The notes under the pieces: model-generated | Seen by the model: the letters and a program-made list of their open reading frames with translations, nothing else | The model's database searches: none | What the model was told of the DNA's origin: nothing | Translations under genes and position numbers: made by a program | Assembly (NCBI GenBank): GCA_003345555.1 | Contig: PRDJ01000068.1 | Location: 3,393 to 35,392 of the forward strand | Source: Candidatus Thorarchaeota archaeon | GTDB taxonomy: Archaea > Asgardarchaeota > Thorarchaeia > Thorarchaeales > Thorarchaeaceae | Reading direction: 5' to 3' | Length of the DNA: 32,000 bases | In this document: positions 30,964 to 32,000 of the stretch, piece by piece | How the letters are laid out: each line of letters begins with the position of its first letter | How positions within the stretch are numbered: the first letter of the stretch is position 1

Positions 30964-32000
30964 ATGGTTGTTGAGAAAGCCAAGCCCAAACGCGCGACAA
31001 AGACACGTCCCACAGGTTCAGGTGACATCAAAGCCGCCAAAGAACAGTGGGAGGCCACAACGGTCGCAGACCACGTGAAGAAGAATCCTGAGATGAGGGA
31101 TTCGTTCACTACAACATCCGGCCGAGTGGTCCGAAGAATCTACACGCCTCTGGACATACCGAACTTCGACTACATGAAAGACTTGGGCTTTCCAAGTGAG
31201 TATCCATATACTCGTGGTGTCCAGCCCACAATGTATCGGGGACGTTTCTGGACCATGCGGCAGTTCGCTGGCATGGGTAGCGCTGAGGAGTCCAATGCAC
31301 GTTTCAAGTTCCTGCTAGCCAACGGACAGACTGGTCTGAGTGTTGCTTTCCACTTACCCACACTATTTGGGCGAGACTCAGACCACCCAATGGCGCTTGG
31401 CGAAGTTGGGAAGCTCGGTGTGGCCGTTGACACGCTCAAGGACATGGAGATCCTTTTTGATGGCATCCCGCTTGCTGAGGTCACCACATCCATGACAATC
31501 AACGCGCCGGCATCCGTACTTCTGGCAATGTACATGGTCAATGCTCAGAAACATGGAGTTTCGTCGAAGGAAATCGGAGGAACAATTCAGAACGACATTC
31601 TGAAAGAGTACATGGCACAGAAATCTTGGATCTATCCTCCGAAACCTTCGCTTAGGATCATCACTGATATCATGGGCTACGCCGCGGAGAACATCCCCCG
31701 GTGGAACACGATATCCATTAGCGGCTACCATATCCGAGAAGCAGGTTCCACAGCCGCACAGGAATTGGCTTTCACACTCATCAACGGCATGGCCTACGTG
31801 CAGGCGGGAATCGAAGCCGGGTTGGATGTTGATACATTCGCACCCAGACTTTCATTCTTTTTCAATGCTCACAATGATATCTTCGAGGAGGTCGCGAAGT
31901 ACAGAGCAGCCCGCAGGATATGGGCTCGGGAAATGAAGGATCGATTCAAGGCGAAAGACCAGAGGTCTCTATGGATGCGCTTCCATACTCAGACTGCAGG
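30964..32000 (+). CDS. B12-dependent acyl-CoA mutase large subunit (methylmalonyl-CoA mutase family, isobutyryl-CoA mutase-like); truncated by the window end
   Basis: Manual translation: [81 protein letters not shown]; GAGGAG SD. Absent from the ORF track because there is no stop in the window. Confidence 0.93.
   Translation, partial: MVVEKAKPKRATKTRPTGSGDIKAAKEQWEATTVADHVKKNPEMRDSFTTTSGRVVRRIYTPLDIPNFDYMKDLGFPSEYPYTRGVQPTMYRGRFWTMRQFAGMGSAEESNARFKFLLANGQTGLSVAFHLPTLFGRDSDHPMALGEVGKLGVAVDTLKDMEILFDGIPLAEVTTSMTINAPASVLLAMYMVNAQKHGVSSKEIGGTIQNDILKEYMAQKSWIYPPKPSLRIITDIMGYAAENIPRWNTISISGYHIREAGSTAAQELAFTLINGMAYVQAGIEAGLDVDTFAPRLSFFFNAHNDIFEEVAKYRAARRIWAREMKDRFKAKDQRSLWMRFHTQTA

Noticed and set aside
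1-32000. CRISPR arrays, IS elements, integrases, prophage or defence islands, rRNA/tRNA genes
   Set aside because: No spaced direct repeats, transposase/integrase motifs, terminal inverted repeats or structural RNA signatures were seen; the remaining short ORFs in the track overlap the called genes and lack motifs.

Overview
Gene-dense (about 28 CDS), roughly 50% GC chromosomal segment, most likely from an Asgard archaeon (Thorarchaeia-like). This assignment is inferred from archaeal GGAGGTGA Shine-Dalgarno sites, TATA-like boxes, four-subunit por and ior genes, and several eukaryotic-signature proteins. I see no rRNA, tRNA, CRISPR array or mobile element. Metabolic content: porG-D-A-B, iorA-iorB, a NitT/TauT ABC transporter, a DHH phosphoesterase, a GGR-like flavoprotein, acyl- and methyltransferases, a membrane-anchored purple-acid-phosphatase-like enzyme, and an Isf-like flavoprotein/cobO/B12 acyl-CoA mutase cluster running off the right end. 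The most striking gene (6597-8933) fuses a 7-bladed FG-GAP/BBS2-like beta-propeller, an Ig-like sandwich, an acidic linker and an intact Rab-like GTPase with a polybasic, non-prenylated tail, suggesting a coat-like scaffold carrying its own switch. Other oddities: a Hef/FANCM-like helicase with eroded catalytic motifs, facing a 4-repeat PC4/Pur-like protein; four TrmB-like modules in three tandem genes; a one-domain gelsolin behind a membrane-anchored Zn ribbon; a long bactofilin-like solenoid; a longin-roadblock fusion; a divergent Alba/SpoVS-fold protein; a mutase with isobutyryl-CoA-mutase residues; and iorB apparently starting at CTG. Family assignments come from motifs recognised by eye and from memory, not from database searches.
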